A stretch of 64,000 nt of DNA from Euglena gracilis (Eukaryota): assembly GCA_039621445.1 (NCBI GenBank), contig CP154954.1:18958642-19022641 (forward strand), read 5' to 3'. The notes beneath the pieces are model-generated. The model saw only the letters and a program-made list of their open reading frames with translations, did not search any database and had not been told where the DNA came from. Made by a program: the position numbers and the translations under genes. Below are positions 11,601 through 25,455 of this stretch, piece after piece. Each line of letters starts with the position of its first letter. The stretch's first letter is position 1.

Positions 11601-12697
11601 AGACGATCCAGTCTCCTCGAATGCAGGGGCTAATGAGAAGGGAAAGACCGTTGGACAAGCTTGTTATATGCGGCCATCATGGCCGCTCCGCGTAGCTGCT
11701 CCACGGCTTCATCCAAAGCAGGACGATGACCAGTGTTGGTGAGATTGGTTGATGCGAGACCGGGCTCGTTACCTGGCTGATCTATTGCAGCCGCACATAC
11801 ACTGGGGCAACACCCAAAGAGCTTTGACCCGGAGCTCGTGACAACGTTTTTTTCAGGCCACCAAAAGGGCACCGACTGCTCCCCGCGACAGAAATATACC
11901 ATCGTAGATGGTTTGTATCTCCGCCGCGTCCGCACTCGTGATGATTTCGACCAGTACTTCTTCCACCATGGAGCAGTAAGGACAGTCAACTTCATCAAAA
12001 TTAGGCACTAAAGGGGAAAAAGCTTAAACTTTCCAAAACATTCACCTTCAAAAAGCCGGCAAACAAGGCATGGCCTTACTTTTGGGCAGTTCAAAGCCCG
12101 AGGTGTCCCCATTTTGCTGTCCATGTGGCTCCCACATCTAGGTTTTGGTGTTTTTCCAACCATGACGCACGTTCATCCAGTGCTTGTCCTAACCATCTGC
12201 TCGGGGATAACCCTAGCGCTATCCAGAGCTGCTTCTTCATGCAGGCAAAGGCTGAAGTCTGCAAGTCAGGTGTTCAATGTTTAAAACAACCAACCAGACC
12301 TGATGGGCTCAATATAAGGATTAGAAATTGTATTCAGAATCCGGAACCATGGCCCATAATATGGCTTCACCACAGGGCTTTGCTCTGCTTTCTGGATCAA
12401 AAAAGCAATTTTCTGTTTTGTTTAATTTTTCTGGCCTTGTTAAGATTTTTTCGAACTGCATACAGGTGGTCTGAATAAGAAAGGTGACTAATAGCTCGGA
12501 CGCCGACATAGTGTATGTAGGTTGGGCCACCTTCCGTTGGACGGCCACCAGTCGGAAGCTTGTACTGGAACTTGCACTGTCGGAGGCTTATACGCCGTGG
12601 CACGTCATCAGACGGGGAACTACACACAAGGTCCGGACAACGAGGTTCCACATCCTTGCGCTCTCTGCCCGTACAGGATCGACCAGGACTCACACGG

Positions 12698-12770
12698 CGG
12701 ACCTGGGTTTCGAACCCACGACGTCCCGCGTGTGAGCCCAGCACCTTACCGAATAATATACTCGACGGAT
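12698..12770 (-). ncRNA. tRNA-derived sequence (Val-CAC-like pseudogene or SINE head)
   Basis: Minus strand has ...ct-cac-ac...gtcgtggGTTCGAAaccca (B-box/T-arm), but the acceptor stem is poor. Confidence 0.35.
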
Positions 12771-13459
12771 ACTTGCTTGGTGCTACGCGTTAGCTACCTA
12801 CCGTCGTAGGCTCTCCCGTCTCTGCACACACTCCCCTCCCAAAGGCCTTACCACACTAGCCCGCTGTGTCACCGTGGCCGTGGCCCCTACACCTTGGGGA
12901 ATGCATCACACGGCCGTAGTTGGCTAGTGCCTCTCACGAGTACTGCGTTACCAGGCTGTCGACTTCTGCAGCTCGGGTTGGCAGTTTACATGTTTTCGTC
13001 TTCCACGTGCTCTGTCTTGGAGCATCCTCCTTCGCGTTCTCCTTCGGCTTGAAACTTTGGAACGGGTTTTCAGTCGCCCTATACTCGGTGCGTTCGCCTC
13101 CGCCTTCCGGGCGCCATGGGGTCCGGCTCTGATCTCCAGTTCGTGTGGCATTGGACAGGTTCCCTCTTTTACCAAGTATACTTCTTCCCCTGTCCCCAAA
13201 AAAGCCTCGCTTTCACCTTAGGTGGGTAACACATTGTTTCAGCGAAAATAAGAGTATAAAACATTTTGTCAACGAAGCGAAGCACAGAGAGAAGAGGGGG
13301 AAAGGATAACAGACTGTTATAAGTCCGAGGAAGGACAGCAAAAATAATATAAAAAGAATGCCACTTGTGGAAGGAGAAAGGGAACCGGTTTGGAAATCGT
13401 AATAAGATCTGCTAGCATGCCAGATTCCTCATCGGAAGAGCAGAGAGCACAGGCCGGGG

Positions 13460-13462
<3 letters not shown>

Positions 13463-13554
<92 letters not shown>

Positions 13555-13560
13555 TAGAAA

Positions 13561-13611
<51 letters not shown>

Positions 13612-13783
13612 TATATAGATAGATAGATAGATATATAGAGATATAGATATAGAGAGAGATATATAGATATATAGAGATATAGATATATATATATATATAT
13701 ATAGATAGATATATAGATATATATATATATATAGAGATATATATACATATATATATATATATATACATATATATCTATCTATC

Positions 13784-13834
<51 letters not shown>
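13463..13834. repeat. Compound (GA)n/(TA)n microsatellite
   Basis: Direct reading. Confidence 0.98.
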
Positions 13835-14746
13835 GTCCAACAACCAACCGTCCCCCCGCCAGGCGATGGGAGGTGTCCTTGCCCCCCCCCCCCCTCGTTG
13901 GGGGTTTGAAAGAGATTGCTGGCTCGGAAAGAGTGACTCCGCCAGGGTCTGAATGGAGACATTTTTTTCACAGAGGGAAACGAACCAACCTTCACGAAAA
14001 GTTTTTACGACAACGTAAATGAGCGTGGGGGACAAAAAATGTTCAAGTTTTCTGAAATTTTCCTAAGTTTTTCTTATGCACTGTCTGAGGCAATACGACG
14101 AAGACTGAGATGACATCCAGTTTGTTGGGTGAAAGAGCGGTGGGGTCCCTGCGTTCAAGAACTCACGTGCAGCGAGTAATAATTTTGGAAGCATGGGACG
14201 AATTACTCAGAAACCAGCCGGGTGGTCCTCGTCGGGGATGGTAGGCTGCAAAGGAACCGCCACACAGGCTCATTAAATAACACGCTTTGACGTTTATGTT
14301 GAGTTTTTATTATTATAAAAACACATACGATTGTTCTTTTTCCATTCAAAAGGAGGGGCCTGTTCTCAAAACCCACTGTTTGAGAACTGTCGGCTGTGTT
14401 ATTGCGCAGTTATGGATTGAATTGCGCAGCGGGGAGATAAAAAAAATTCACGAACTTGCCTCCGAAACACCATTCCTTGTCACTTCATTGACAGAGTATT
14501 AGTCATCACCTTTAGGCTCACCCGAGGGCCTGCAAAACAACGGGGCAGAAAAGGGGTCCAAAACCTACAACAACCTTCTACCGATTTTGATGAATCTGAT
14601 GATTCGACGTTCACTTCTCCTCAGCATTTGATTTTGCACGCTTCACTGCACTGCGTGGAAAGACGGAAGGAAGGTGAAAGACGGAAGGAATACGGAGCGT
14701 TTGCACACCTCTAGGGGACGGCTGGCTACTTCCGTCATCAGAGTCC

Positions 14747-17700
14747 CATGGGCGGCGTCGCCTGCTTGCTATCGGGGGATCGGATTCCGCATCACTGTCG
14801 ACGTTCACCATGTCACCCAGGGTGCCATCGAGGTCCACATAGGAAGTCGAGGAGACACTGCTGCAGTCATCTTCTGCCGTCGAGGTCTGCATGCCCAGAG
14901 CCCATGAATTCTGACGAGGTGGTTCAGGTTGTCCGGCCGCAGCTATTTTTGTACTCAGTGAACGTTCATCCTCGTCACGGCCCATTGTACCACTTCTCTT
15001 CTGCCCCAATCTGGGCTTTCTATTCTTGTGTCTAGGACCTCCACTTCCCGCAGTGCCTTTTGCAGGGGAAATGGGCTGGGGCTCGGGCTGTCTTTTGCAG
15101 GCGATCAGAGACACCTTCTTGATGTTTCTTGATCTATGACTTCAGCATTTGGAGAGCCTGAGGAATGTTGAGAGTGAACATGTGAAAAAAGGAGAGTGTC
15201 CTTACCTTCAACTGGACCAAAAAGTTCCAAGCTCGATATGTAACCAGGATGGTCTCTCTGAAGACAGGGAATGAGCTGTGGCAGCAGGAAAGACAGCAAC
15301 ACACCAGTCCTCCTCACTGCCACAAATAAAATTCTGCTGCGTTCCTTCTGTCGCTCCTTCAGGTTCGGTCACAGCTTCCCCTTGAAAAAGAAGAAAACCG
15401 GAAGGAGATGGCCGTAGAAAGTCGCAAACAAAAAAATACGCCCGATTTAAGTCGCCAAGCATTCTGCGATAGAACGCGACGAGAAGGAAGAGGTTTCGCT
15501 CGGGCTTTTCAGACTTTTCGGCCGTGCTCTTTACTCAGACACCTCGGGCTCCGCACTTTGCCCTTGTGAGGCCATGCCTTGTTCGCTGGATCAAAAGTTC
15601 CTCGGATCCCCTTCCTCCCCTGTCGGTTTGCCTCGAGGGAGTGCGGCATCCCTGAATGCGACTTTGTTCGCGTTTGAAGTGCTTTTGGAATTGTGTTCAG
15701 GTGGACTCTTTTTTATTGATGACGCAAGGTGTGAGGCCGGCTCGCCGCCTCACAAGGTCTTTGTTCTTCGCCCTCGGTGTCCCTTCCTCCCTGGTCGGTT
15801 TGCCTCGAGGGAGTGTGAAACAGCACGCTAAACAGAGACCATTACAAATTTTGAGACAGTCTGCGAGGGGTATCGAGAGCGTCCTCGACAGAGTTAAAGG
15901 TCGCCCGCAAGGGATCGAGGGCGTCGTGCGCTGTCCCTGGGCTTCGAATTGCACCCCCCCCCGGTCCTGTTTCTGTAAAAGCCTGAAAAAGATGTCCGCC
16001 CCACCATTGAGTACTCCCGGGAAGTCTGACCAGGGAGGAAGTGACCATGAGGGCGGAGCACAAGAGGGGGGTGAGATCCTGCTTTGAGTGCCCGATGTTT
16101 TGTTGTGTTTGTGTTCTTCTTGGCGGGGTGCTTCTTACTGCGAATTTGGTGCCGGAGTCGGCGGTGATGTGCTCTTCGACACCGACTTGGCGAAGGTGAA
16201 CCTCAGTGGCTCCCCGTCCCTTCGATGTATGTGGGTCCGTTTCCGCCACCCCCCCCCCTCCCCTGATGGGGATGCTTTCCTTTTTCGGGTGGGTGTGGTG
16301 GGCTCACCCCCCTCTTGTGCTCTGCCCTCATGATCACTTCCTCCCTGGTCAGACTTCACGGGAGTACTCGACCATTCGGGCTCCGCACACTCTGGGGGTG
16401 AGACTTTGTGCACGACCCCTTTTTCAATTTTTTTCTTTGCTGAATCCACCGCCCCCAATCGTAAGTAACCCCCCCCAAAAGCCCCCCCCCCCCAAATACC
16501 CCCCCCCCCCCCAAATAACCCCCCCGCCTCGGGGGCCGATTTCGAGCGCCCATATAACACACCCCCCTGTTTTCCTTTGGTTTTCCATGTAATAATAACA
16601 CCCCCCCAAATAACACCCCCCCCCTGGGGCCCCAGTTCGGGTGCCCAAACAACACACCGGGGGGGTGTTATTTGGGGGGGGTTTAATGTGCTGAAAAAGC
16701 TGTGGTTTTTTTCCTTTGACCAAGTTCGCACACCTCCTCACTGGACAATCCCAGTTTTTTGTACATCAAAACTCCTGCCCCCCCCCCTGGTGCTGTGGGC
16801 TTTCCAGTGGGAAATTGGAATGCAAAAGGTTTCCAACAACTCTTTGTCAAAAAGTTGATCCTATTGGATGTCAAGGTTTTTTTGCCATCCAAGCTCCACA
16901 ACAGAGGGGGCTTGACACCAGCCTTCTCCAGACATTCTATGTCTCGTTTTCCCATTCCAACAGGAGTCAAGAGGTTCAAGTTCAAATATGGCAAAGGCAA
17001 AGTCTATGGCATCCAATTCAAGTCTGGGAGAGGAAAGGGCTATGGCAGCCAGTGTAAACCAGGGTGGTCCAAAGGTTCGGAATCCTCTCTTGAAAATGTC
17101 ATTCCACGGCTTATGTCCTCAGGAAAGGCAAGGGGAAGGGATGAAGCATCAAAGTCCCTAGGAGGGGGGGCAGCCAGCAGAAGCAAGCTCAGAAGGAATC
17201 AGGGTCAGCAAGCCCCCTCTGCCCAAGAACGGCAAGCCAGACCCAAGATTGATCAGGGGAGAGATCCCCCAGCTCAGCCAAGGGGAAAGGGCAAGCTCCC
17301 AGCTGACCCCTGCCCAGATATCCTATCCAGACTGGCAAGGGCTCCTGGAAGGAGTGAAATGGCCCCATCACAGTCCCCCCCCCCCCCAGTGCAGTTGGAG
17401 GAAGGAATCATTCAGGGGCTTGAATTCACAGAACTGGTGCCATTGTTTCAGAGATTGAGGACATGTCTGCCATGGTGGCGGAAACATGCAAACCGGTGGG
17501 TGGTGTCCCTAATTCCAAATGGGGTTCAACCAGACCACCCCTTACCCCAACTACTGTCAAGAAGACAGCAACAAAAGTCAGCTCAGGACATCAGCCTGGC
17601 TTCAGAAATCCTGAGGGAGTACCAAGAAAGTGGGTTAACCATAAAATTGTAAATGCCACAGGCACTGCCCATCTGGAACCCTGGTTTGTGTTGTCAGAAC

Positions 17701-20517
17701 CAGAAGGGGAGGGGGTCAAACATCGACTTATCACCGACTGTCGAGATCTAAATCAATTTTGCTGTCTAGAAAGGTTCACTTTGGAAAACATGACCACCAT
17801 TTTCCCCAAAGGGGACTGGGCAGTAAAACTAGATTGCCTACTTTCATCTGGATCTGGAAAAAAAAATTCAGAAAATATATGTCAGAATTCAGGTGGGCCC
17901 AGACCTGTGGGAGATTCAGGGGGCATGTTTCGGACTAAGCACCCTCCCAAAATTGGTCATGTCAACAATGAAAGTCATGCAAAAACTGTGGAGATCAAAG
18001 CAGTTACAGGTGTTTGTTTATTTGGACGACATCATTCTGTTTGGTTCAGCAGAAAATCTGGTCAAAAGACATTTGTTGACCATGCTGAAAACCTTAGGGG
18101 AGGCTGGGTTCAAGATCAGCCGGAAAACGTCTGTGTTAACACCAACCCAAAGATTACAACATCATCGTCGATCTGGTCGGGTTCATCGTCGATCTGGAAG
18201 AAGGTCAACTGGAGGTGCCCCCCCACAAATTAAAATCCACCAGAAAGGAATTAGGCAAGGTGATTCTGACCCAGAAATTCAGTCGCAGAAAAATTGCCAG
18301 CCTTCTGGGACAAATCAGAAGTTACCTCCCAGCTCTGCCATTTTTGCAGTTAGTAACCCTAGAACTGTTAAAGTTCAGCCAGCTGAATCAGGAAAAAGGC
18401 TGGGATTTTGCATCGGCATTCCAAAAAAAAACTGAAGGAGGAAATAAAATTTCTAAAGACATATCTGCAGCCAGGCTTGGGCAGACCTTTTCTCCAGCAG
18501 GCAAAAAGGGTACTGCACTCAGACTCCTCCACATGGGCATGGGGGGGGGTGGACTCCTCCCAAAACAAAGTCATACAAGAGTTTTGGCGGGAGCAAAATT
18601 GTTTGCATATCAATGTAAAAGAGTTGATGGCAGCAGTGCACACAGTGAAAGCCTTTGCAAAGCTTGGAGAAACTGTTCGGCTAAACGTGGACAATCAGGT
18701 GGCTCTAAGTTATCTCACCAAATTGGGGGGGGGGGGCAAAAAAAACAGCAACTCAATCATTTTTGGAACCTCTGTTTCGCTGGTGTTTGAAAGCTGCAGG
18801 TCCAGTGGGTAACCTCCTCAGAAATGTTGGCAGACCCCCTCACAAGGTGGGATCAGGACAGGGGGGATTATACACTGTGCCCAGGCCTGTTCAGGGATGT
18901 TCTAAAATTTTTCAGAAGGAAAATTTCCCCAGACACAGACATGTTTGCATCTCCAGGAAATACCAAATTCCACAAATTTGTGGCCAGATGGCCCCACCAC
19001 AAACCATTTCTGGTAGATGCACTGAAATGCGACCTGTACTCAGTAACAGAGGTTTATGCCAATCCTCCCTGGAAAGGCATCTTTCCTTGGCTCATCAGGC
19101 TGAGACTTAACAGGGAAGGGAAATGACTTTTGGTGACACCCATGTGGGTTTCCAGTCCATGGTGGCCTCTATTAATCAAATGTCAAAGCCTGGGACAAGA
19201 ATGTTAGTCACTCCCCCCAGGGAGGGTATGTTCAAGAACTGTTGGGGGCAATCAATGCCAAAGCCAAAGTGGCCCCTGGTTTGCACCATTGTGTCAGGTT
19301 CCTTTGGAACAGCAAAAAGTGCCACATCAAGACATCGAAAATGTCCTGAGGACTTTGGGACCCCTAAAGCGGTATAACAGTGCCTTCAGAAAATTGTTTG
19401 TCATCTTGCAACAAAAAGGATTAGAGCCGTTGCAAGTCTCCAGGATGGACACATATGGCATAAAGTGGAGCCCCCACACTTAAGTGTGGGGTATTGGGGG
19501 GGGTATGTGTGGGGGGGGTGTGGGGGGGGTGTGTGTGGGGGGGGGGGGGGGTGTGTGGGGGGGGGGGGGGTGTGTGGGGGGTGTGGTGTGGGGGGGTGTG
19601 GGGGGTGGGTAGTGTGGGGGTGTGTGTAGGGGGGGGTGTGGGGGGTGTGGGGAGGGGGGTGGGGGGGTGTGGGGGGGTGTTGTGGGGGTGTGAGGGGGTG
19701 CCAAATCTGAGGAAACTGGATCTTCGTTCCCTTGCCTTGCACACACAAGGGGATGATGTTATTTTGGTTCTGGGGGGTCCGCCCCCCCCCCCTGGACGAG
19801 GCCGAAGGCCGCGGCGCGACGAGGCCGAAGGCCGAGTAAGTCAAAAAAATGACACCCGAACAGTTGCACACATTCAACTTGGGTTTCAAAAAGAATCAGG
19901 CTGTTGCTCACCAATGGTACTGTAAACCAAAAAAGGGGATATTATTTCCCTTGCCTTGCACACACAAGTGGATGATGTTATTTTGGTTCTGGGGGGGTCC
20001 GCCCCCCCCCCCCCGGGCCGCGGCCGAAGGCCGCGGCACGACGAGGTCGAAGGCCGAGTAAGTCAAAAAAATGACACCCGAACAGTTGCGCACATTCAAC
20101 TTGGGTTTCAAAAAGAATCAGGCTGTTGCTCACCCATGGTACTGTGGGGGCTCCACTTTATGCCATCACTCAGAATGGAGTTGGCCACTGCTTTGTGGGA
20201 CCTGCATAAACTTTCACAGGCTGATGCTCGCTGTGCATACGCCTCTCTCTAGTATTTGCCTGGGTTGGAGTCCATTCGTTTTAATCCTCTACTCACAACA
20301 GTAAAAAAGGAATGGAATCGTTCAGTTCAGAGGTATGCTGCTTTTTGGGACTCCCTACCCATTTTGCAGAAATTGCTGAGTGCACAACTGGTTTCAGAGA
20401 TGCCACTTGTAGAGCTCAGCTGGAGAATCATTTTGTCCTTCAGACTTCTGGCTCTCCACATGGGGGTGGATTTAGCAAGACAACGGAGGACCATTTCAGT
20501 GGTTGGTGAAAAAATCT
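14747..20517. repeat. Segmental duplication, copy 2
   Basis: Colinear with 1-7389, including shared frameshifts, the shared catcgtcgatctgg micro-duplication and the shared TIR insertion. Confidence 0.97.
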
Positions 20518-20645
20518 TTATTTTGGTCAGGAAAAAGGGTTGGCCTTCACCAAAGTGGAAACAAATGTGCAAATTGATTCCCTTCCCTCTTTGAGTCCAT
20601 ATCATTTGATGACAGAATATGTGAAAGGAACATCTTTCATTACCC
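16790..20645 (+). mobile_element. Degenerate DIRS-type retrotransposon, copy 2 (YR extends further but is truncated)
   Basis: Same motifs as copy 1. YR continues ILVRKKGWPSPKW...LSPYHLMTEYV before being cut by a minus-strand gag fragment. In-frame TAG at about 20250. Confidence 0.9.
19450..20171. mobile_element. TIR element with 8-bp TSD in YR ORF, copy without the nested LTR element (722 bp)
   Basis: Same TIRs as 4701-7043. TSD aggatgga (19442-19449) / agaatgga (20172-20179). Confidence 0.88.
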
Positions 20646-21665
20646 ACTGGGCTTTGTCCACTGCTATGTCCTCCTTGGAGAACAGCCCATTGGTTGTACT
20701 TGGGATTGCCCCGGGAATGCTGCACTTCTTTCTCTGCTTCAGCTCTGCCACAGCAAAAAAACAGTTGTTGTGCCAATACTTGATAATCTGTATCAACACT
20801 TGCATACAGGCATGCCACCATCCTTTCCAGGTGCAACATTTTTTGCTGTAGTGTGTTCAGCTGCTTGTCCCGGGCCCCTTTTCCGTCTGAACCATGATAA
20901 TTATCTTCCGCTCTTACTTTTATCCCCTGATACCTTGGTAGCTCCGCCAGCACCATTTTCCATGGTAGTCGACCTCCTTTCTCGCCGGGCCGAAGGCACA
21001 CCACCAGCTCTGGCGCCAGCGGCGCCAATTCATCCCCAGGGGAACCGCTCGTCCGTCACGTCGTTGTCGTCGTCCTCGTCGTCGTCTCTGGCGTCCTCCT
21101 CCATCGCGGACCGCTCCGCTCTCTGCATCATCCCCTTCTCCATCTTCGACTTCATCCCCAGCTGGCGCTCAGCCAGCTTGAAAGCCACTTCCGCTTCTGT
21201 CTTCCCCAGGTCGATCAGCGGTACCTCCACACTTCCAGAAAGCGCCACCGAGTACAAGAACGAACTCCTGCAGTCTCCAACTTGACTTTAGACCATCGCC
21301 ACCGCTGTCAGCTCGTAGACCTGCTTCGCACACTTTGTCGTGTGCCAGCCGCCGCCCAGCCAGCGTTGCCAAGCTAGCGTTGCCAAGCCTCGATGACGGC
21401 GACAAGAAATTCGGGGGCGACTCTCACAAGAGTCTGGCGACATTGCCCTCGTGAAAGAACAGCTCGCTCCACGAAGTTTTGAGCACAGCTTCATCGGAGG
21501 ATGTCAGTTTCTCTGCGTGCGTTGCCATCCGATGTCATCGACGGGCGTTAATATCCGCCAACTCCGGCACCAAAAAGCAGTAAGAAGCACCCCGCCAAGA
21601 AGAGCACAAACACAACAGAACAGCCGGCACACAAAGTAGGATCTCACCCCCAGAATGGTCGGTAT
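20640..21665 (-). mobile_element. 5' fragment (terminal region plus gag-like ORF) of a third DIRS-type element
   Basis: LPRYQGIKVRAEDNYHGSDGKGARDKQLNTLQQKMLHLER aligns with the gag-like segment near 11150-11270. 21555-21650 is homologous to the loop of the 1267-1626 structure. Confidence 0.65.
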
Positions 21666-23004
21666 CTCGCGCGGGGTGGAAAACGCCTCGGGCTACCAAG
21701 TTCGATTTGGTGCCTTTTTTTTTGCCAACCAACACTGGTCACACTTCTGCGCTCGGAAACGCACAGAAGAAGATTAAAGAGAGCAGGACCTGCCATGTAT
21801 AGAAAGGCTTGTCCCTCCTTTCCCTTCCAAGAAGGCGTCGCATTTTTTAAAAAAAAGTGGTGCAGGCTTTTTGTTTTTAGGTAATTAAAAGAAAATCCCA
21901 TTGAAATACTTGGAAATGAGCCTTTGGCCAAATGCATCAAAATACGGATTGACAGAAACCCGGATAACCCTTGACCGCCCTGGAAAATAGCACCTTAAAA
22001 AGACTTAAAATTCCTTTAAAAGCTTTGACTTTGGAAAAAAAAAAACCCTTCAAACATTCATTCTTCCTGTGTCCGGGGAGCAAACCCCAACGAACAGTCC
22101 ATGACCAAGGCACCGTTAACAAAAGCAAAGTGCAGAGCTCGCGGTGTCGATATGCTGGCGTGATTGCCACCTGTAAAGGCCCATTCAGTTGCCAGTATCA
22201 ATCATTGCCCGCCTCCTTGGTCAATTATTGCCCAACAAACATTAAATAAATTGACAAAATGTGCAATCCATTGGACAACGATGTTTGATGAAACCAAACG
22301 TACACAGGCGGTGGCAAAAATTGCCGTCCGAACACGTGGTGTTTATCGGACAAGCGTGTTCGTTGGACACAGAGGAGGGGGGAATGTTTTAACCGGAATG
22401 AGCAAATTAATTCAATGATAATTCAATGTTCATTGAAGACTGGTTCTGTTGATGAAATGATGGTGCTGATTTTCCCAATAGAAGGGGGAAGCCGAAGATG
22501 TGAGAGCACACCATAGATCAGCCCCCTGAAGCTTCGATTGCGACCTGAAAATGTCGACCCGTGGCCCAAGGTGCGAACCAGTTGTGGAGAAGTGGGGGGT
22601 TCACGAGGAGCACGACACTGGGTCAGCTCCGTAAGTGCGGTGGAGGGGAGGGCACACCTTGCACGGGAAATTGCCAGAAAAAAACTGCACCCAGATTGTC
22701 CAGATATCACACCTCGAAACAGAACCACCTCTAAACTCTGGAAAGGAGATGTCCTGTTCGTGTCTTCTTCATGAGTTCTTTTCTCTGTCATCTTTTGGGA
22801 GAAACAAAATAGACAAAAACACAATCATCTACTCTCTTCCAGCATTTCTTAATTACTGCGAGTGTGACTGCTGGGGACAAGTGCGTTGCTGTCCCGACGA
22901 AGCGCTCCGAAACAAGACAGTTGGTTGAAATCCTTGGGAGGATATTTTGGCAAGGATGTTCGGGGGAAGGTTGGGGGGTGTTTTGTATGCCGGACAATAC
23001 AATC

Positions 23005-23255
23005 ACTTAGTCACTGGCCAACCCCCCCCAGGGGTTGGGTGACAGGTTTTTTTCAGAGTGACTGACTGGTTTTTGGCCTCCACCCCCTCCGCCCCTGGGG
23101 GTCAGCAAAAAAAAAAACCACTGAAGTGGCCAGGCGCCAAAGGCGCCGGAAAAATCCTCTGGCCTCATTCTCACGTTTGTGGTCAGTCAAATTTCCCTTG
23201 GATTCCAGAGTCGCTGACCACCCGGGGGGGGGGGGGTAGTGACTGACTGGTTTTC
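23005..23255. repeat. Dispersed repeat family (cttagtca...gtgactgactggttt...ccactgaagtg); relative at about 34328-34440
   Basis: Shared motif order in both places. Confidence 0.6.
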
Positions 23256-23961
23256 TGAGGAGAGAAAAAAATATGAGTGAGTGGTTTTTGGAGGAATGGA
23301 AATGACCACTCGGGGGTCGTTGGAAAAATTGGATGCGCCAGACGATCTGACGATGGGACGGGGGGGTTCGAGGTGGGGTTAAGGCTGCCAGGCGTTTGGC
23401 AACACGGTGGGAAAGCACTGGAACCCGCTTTTCCTGGGACTTGGGTTAAATTTCTGTCGCGTGAATCATGGAACGTTGACCTGCTTTTTCCTGTCCATAC
23501 CATTGCTTACCCACCCCCACCCACGGGGGGGTCACTTTCCACTTCCAAAACCAGTCGCCCACTTCACACCCCGGGGGGTTGGACATGCCTGATGCAATGG
23601 CATGGCCCCGTCCCCAGACTCACTGTACTCTGTTCCTTCAAATCAAGTCTGACGTTTGAAATGATTGGAAAATAGCATTTCCAAAGTCCCTGACATGGAA
23701 AAGACCACTTCGAAAATGCGCCACAAATGCAAAAAAAAACCCCAACAAGCACGATAGAGGTCTATTCCCGGCCAAATCCTTGAGGCCAGAGAGGCACCAG
23801 TTGTGGACGCGACCATGAATGTGTCTGTGCCGAACCAGCAAATGACAAAAAAATGCGAGGGGAATGGAATTTGGAATTGATTTGAGCCCCATTTTCCCCC
23901 GGAGGCATATCTTTGATCTTCCTTTTCAAAACATTTCAAAAATTTCCGCACACCCTTTCGG

Positions 23962-24344
23962 GTAAACCCTCCTCCCAAATAGTACCCCTCTGGGTATTAT
24001 TTTTTCGCTCGAAGTCCCGGCCCGAGGGGGGGGGTATCATTTGGGTGGAGTGTAATAGCATCCCAAAATTTTCGAAATTTTTCGAAGTCCCGTAGGACCC
24101 AAAATAGCACCCAAAACCCCCTTTGGGGTCATTTTTTGTACTTTCTCATGAAATTTTACAATTTTGGAGGCCAGATGATCCACAAAATCGATTTTTTCCC
24201 GTAATTTGTTGTCAGAGATTGAGATGTTTGCCTTCAGGTTAAAATCCGGGTCGTTGGCCCCAGATTGGGGGGGGGGTATTAATTCGGTCTGGGGGTATTA
24301 TTTGGGGGATTATTTGGGGGGGGGGTATTATTTGGGGGTTTATC
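23962..24344. mobile_element. MITE-like element, gtaaac-cccc-aaata family
   Basis: Inverted termini. The interior (cccaaaattttcgaaattttcgaagtccc...cccaaaatagcacccaaaaccc...tttggaggccagatga) is shared with 50371-50799 and partly with 46770-46910. Confidence 0.75.
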
Positions 24345-25107
24345 TTATGCCAGAAATGACAACTTTCCCTGTCCCAAACCAACAAACAACACAGAGGGAA
24401 TGAACGTGATGCCAAAAATCACACATGCATGTGGAGTTCTCTGTTTGATAAGAATCGTGAGGTTGCCAGTATGAAATGCACCCCACTGGGCACCAGTTGG
24501 TTGGCAGGGAAGGAGGCAATACGGTGCAGGTGCTGGACCATGAAACCAAAGTGAACACAATGCTCGGAGACAGCAATTAGAACACCCACAGTGGCCGAGG
24601 GAGGACACCGAGGCAAACTTAGGCGGCGTGAATTGCCGAACCGATTTTTGTGTTTTTTGACGTTTCTTGGCTGGTTTGAAATCCCCCTAAAAGGGCACAA
24701 AAGTTTAGGTTCAGAGGGCTGCATCGTAGCTTTGGGCCAAAAATTTCCATGTGTGGTTTTGCACGGTTATCCACCTAAACATTTTCCAATTGTGCGTGAT
24801 TTGTGTGTTTTGGGGGCAGTTTACAACAGCTTGAAAAGGTTAAAATAAAAGAATTTTGAAGGAATGTGACATGGGGCTGTGCCTCCATGGTTTTTATGTT
24901 GTTGACTATTTGAGAAACGAATGAATGTTGCAAGCGTACGCTGATAACCTCCAAAAATGAAACAAGAGGTGTCAGAGTTTAGGCAGATATCTATGTAGAA
25001 TAAACGTGTACGCGGATTACCGTCTAAAGGTGTAAACAAAGAATGGTTCGCAGATCACCGCCACCATAAAACAAGCAATTGATGATTTGTAGGAGGGAAT
25101 CCGCCTG

Positions 25108-25136
25108 CTGTGTGTGTGTGTGTGTGTGTGTGTGTC

Positions 25137-25221
<85 letters not shown>

Positions 25222-25233
25222 GTGTGTGTGTGT
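25108..25233. repeat. (TG)n microsatellite
   Basis: Direct reading. Confidence 0.98.
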
Positions 25234-25254
25234 CCCTGGTAAGTGATTGGCGAC

Positions 25255-25455
25255 TTGGTGTGGGTGGAGGTCCGTATGGGGTGAATAAGAAACATGGTGG
25301 TGTCCTGGTGGTATTGCCCTACCCGAGACCGGCATTGGCCAGATGCCCCTGCTGGGGTCTCTGCAATGGGGCGCAATAACACCATAGCCAATGGTGGCTG
25401 AAGAACTCCCTGACGACGTGGGCAGGTGCCACCTGATGATATCCTGCTTTTGCCA
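25255..25455 (+). pseudogene. Possible decayed PWWP-like domain fragment
   Basis: IGDLVWVEV..., ETWWCPGGI..., QWWLKNSLTTWA/VPPDDILLL appear in PWWP order but need several frameshifts. Confidence 0.3.

Noticed and set aside
13317-14035. YI/SL-rich ORFs, likewise HT/CV-rich ORFs near 25.1, 32.1 and 37.6 kb
   Set aside because: Translations of microsatellites.
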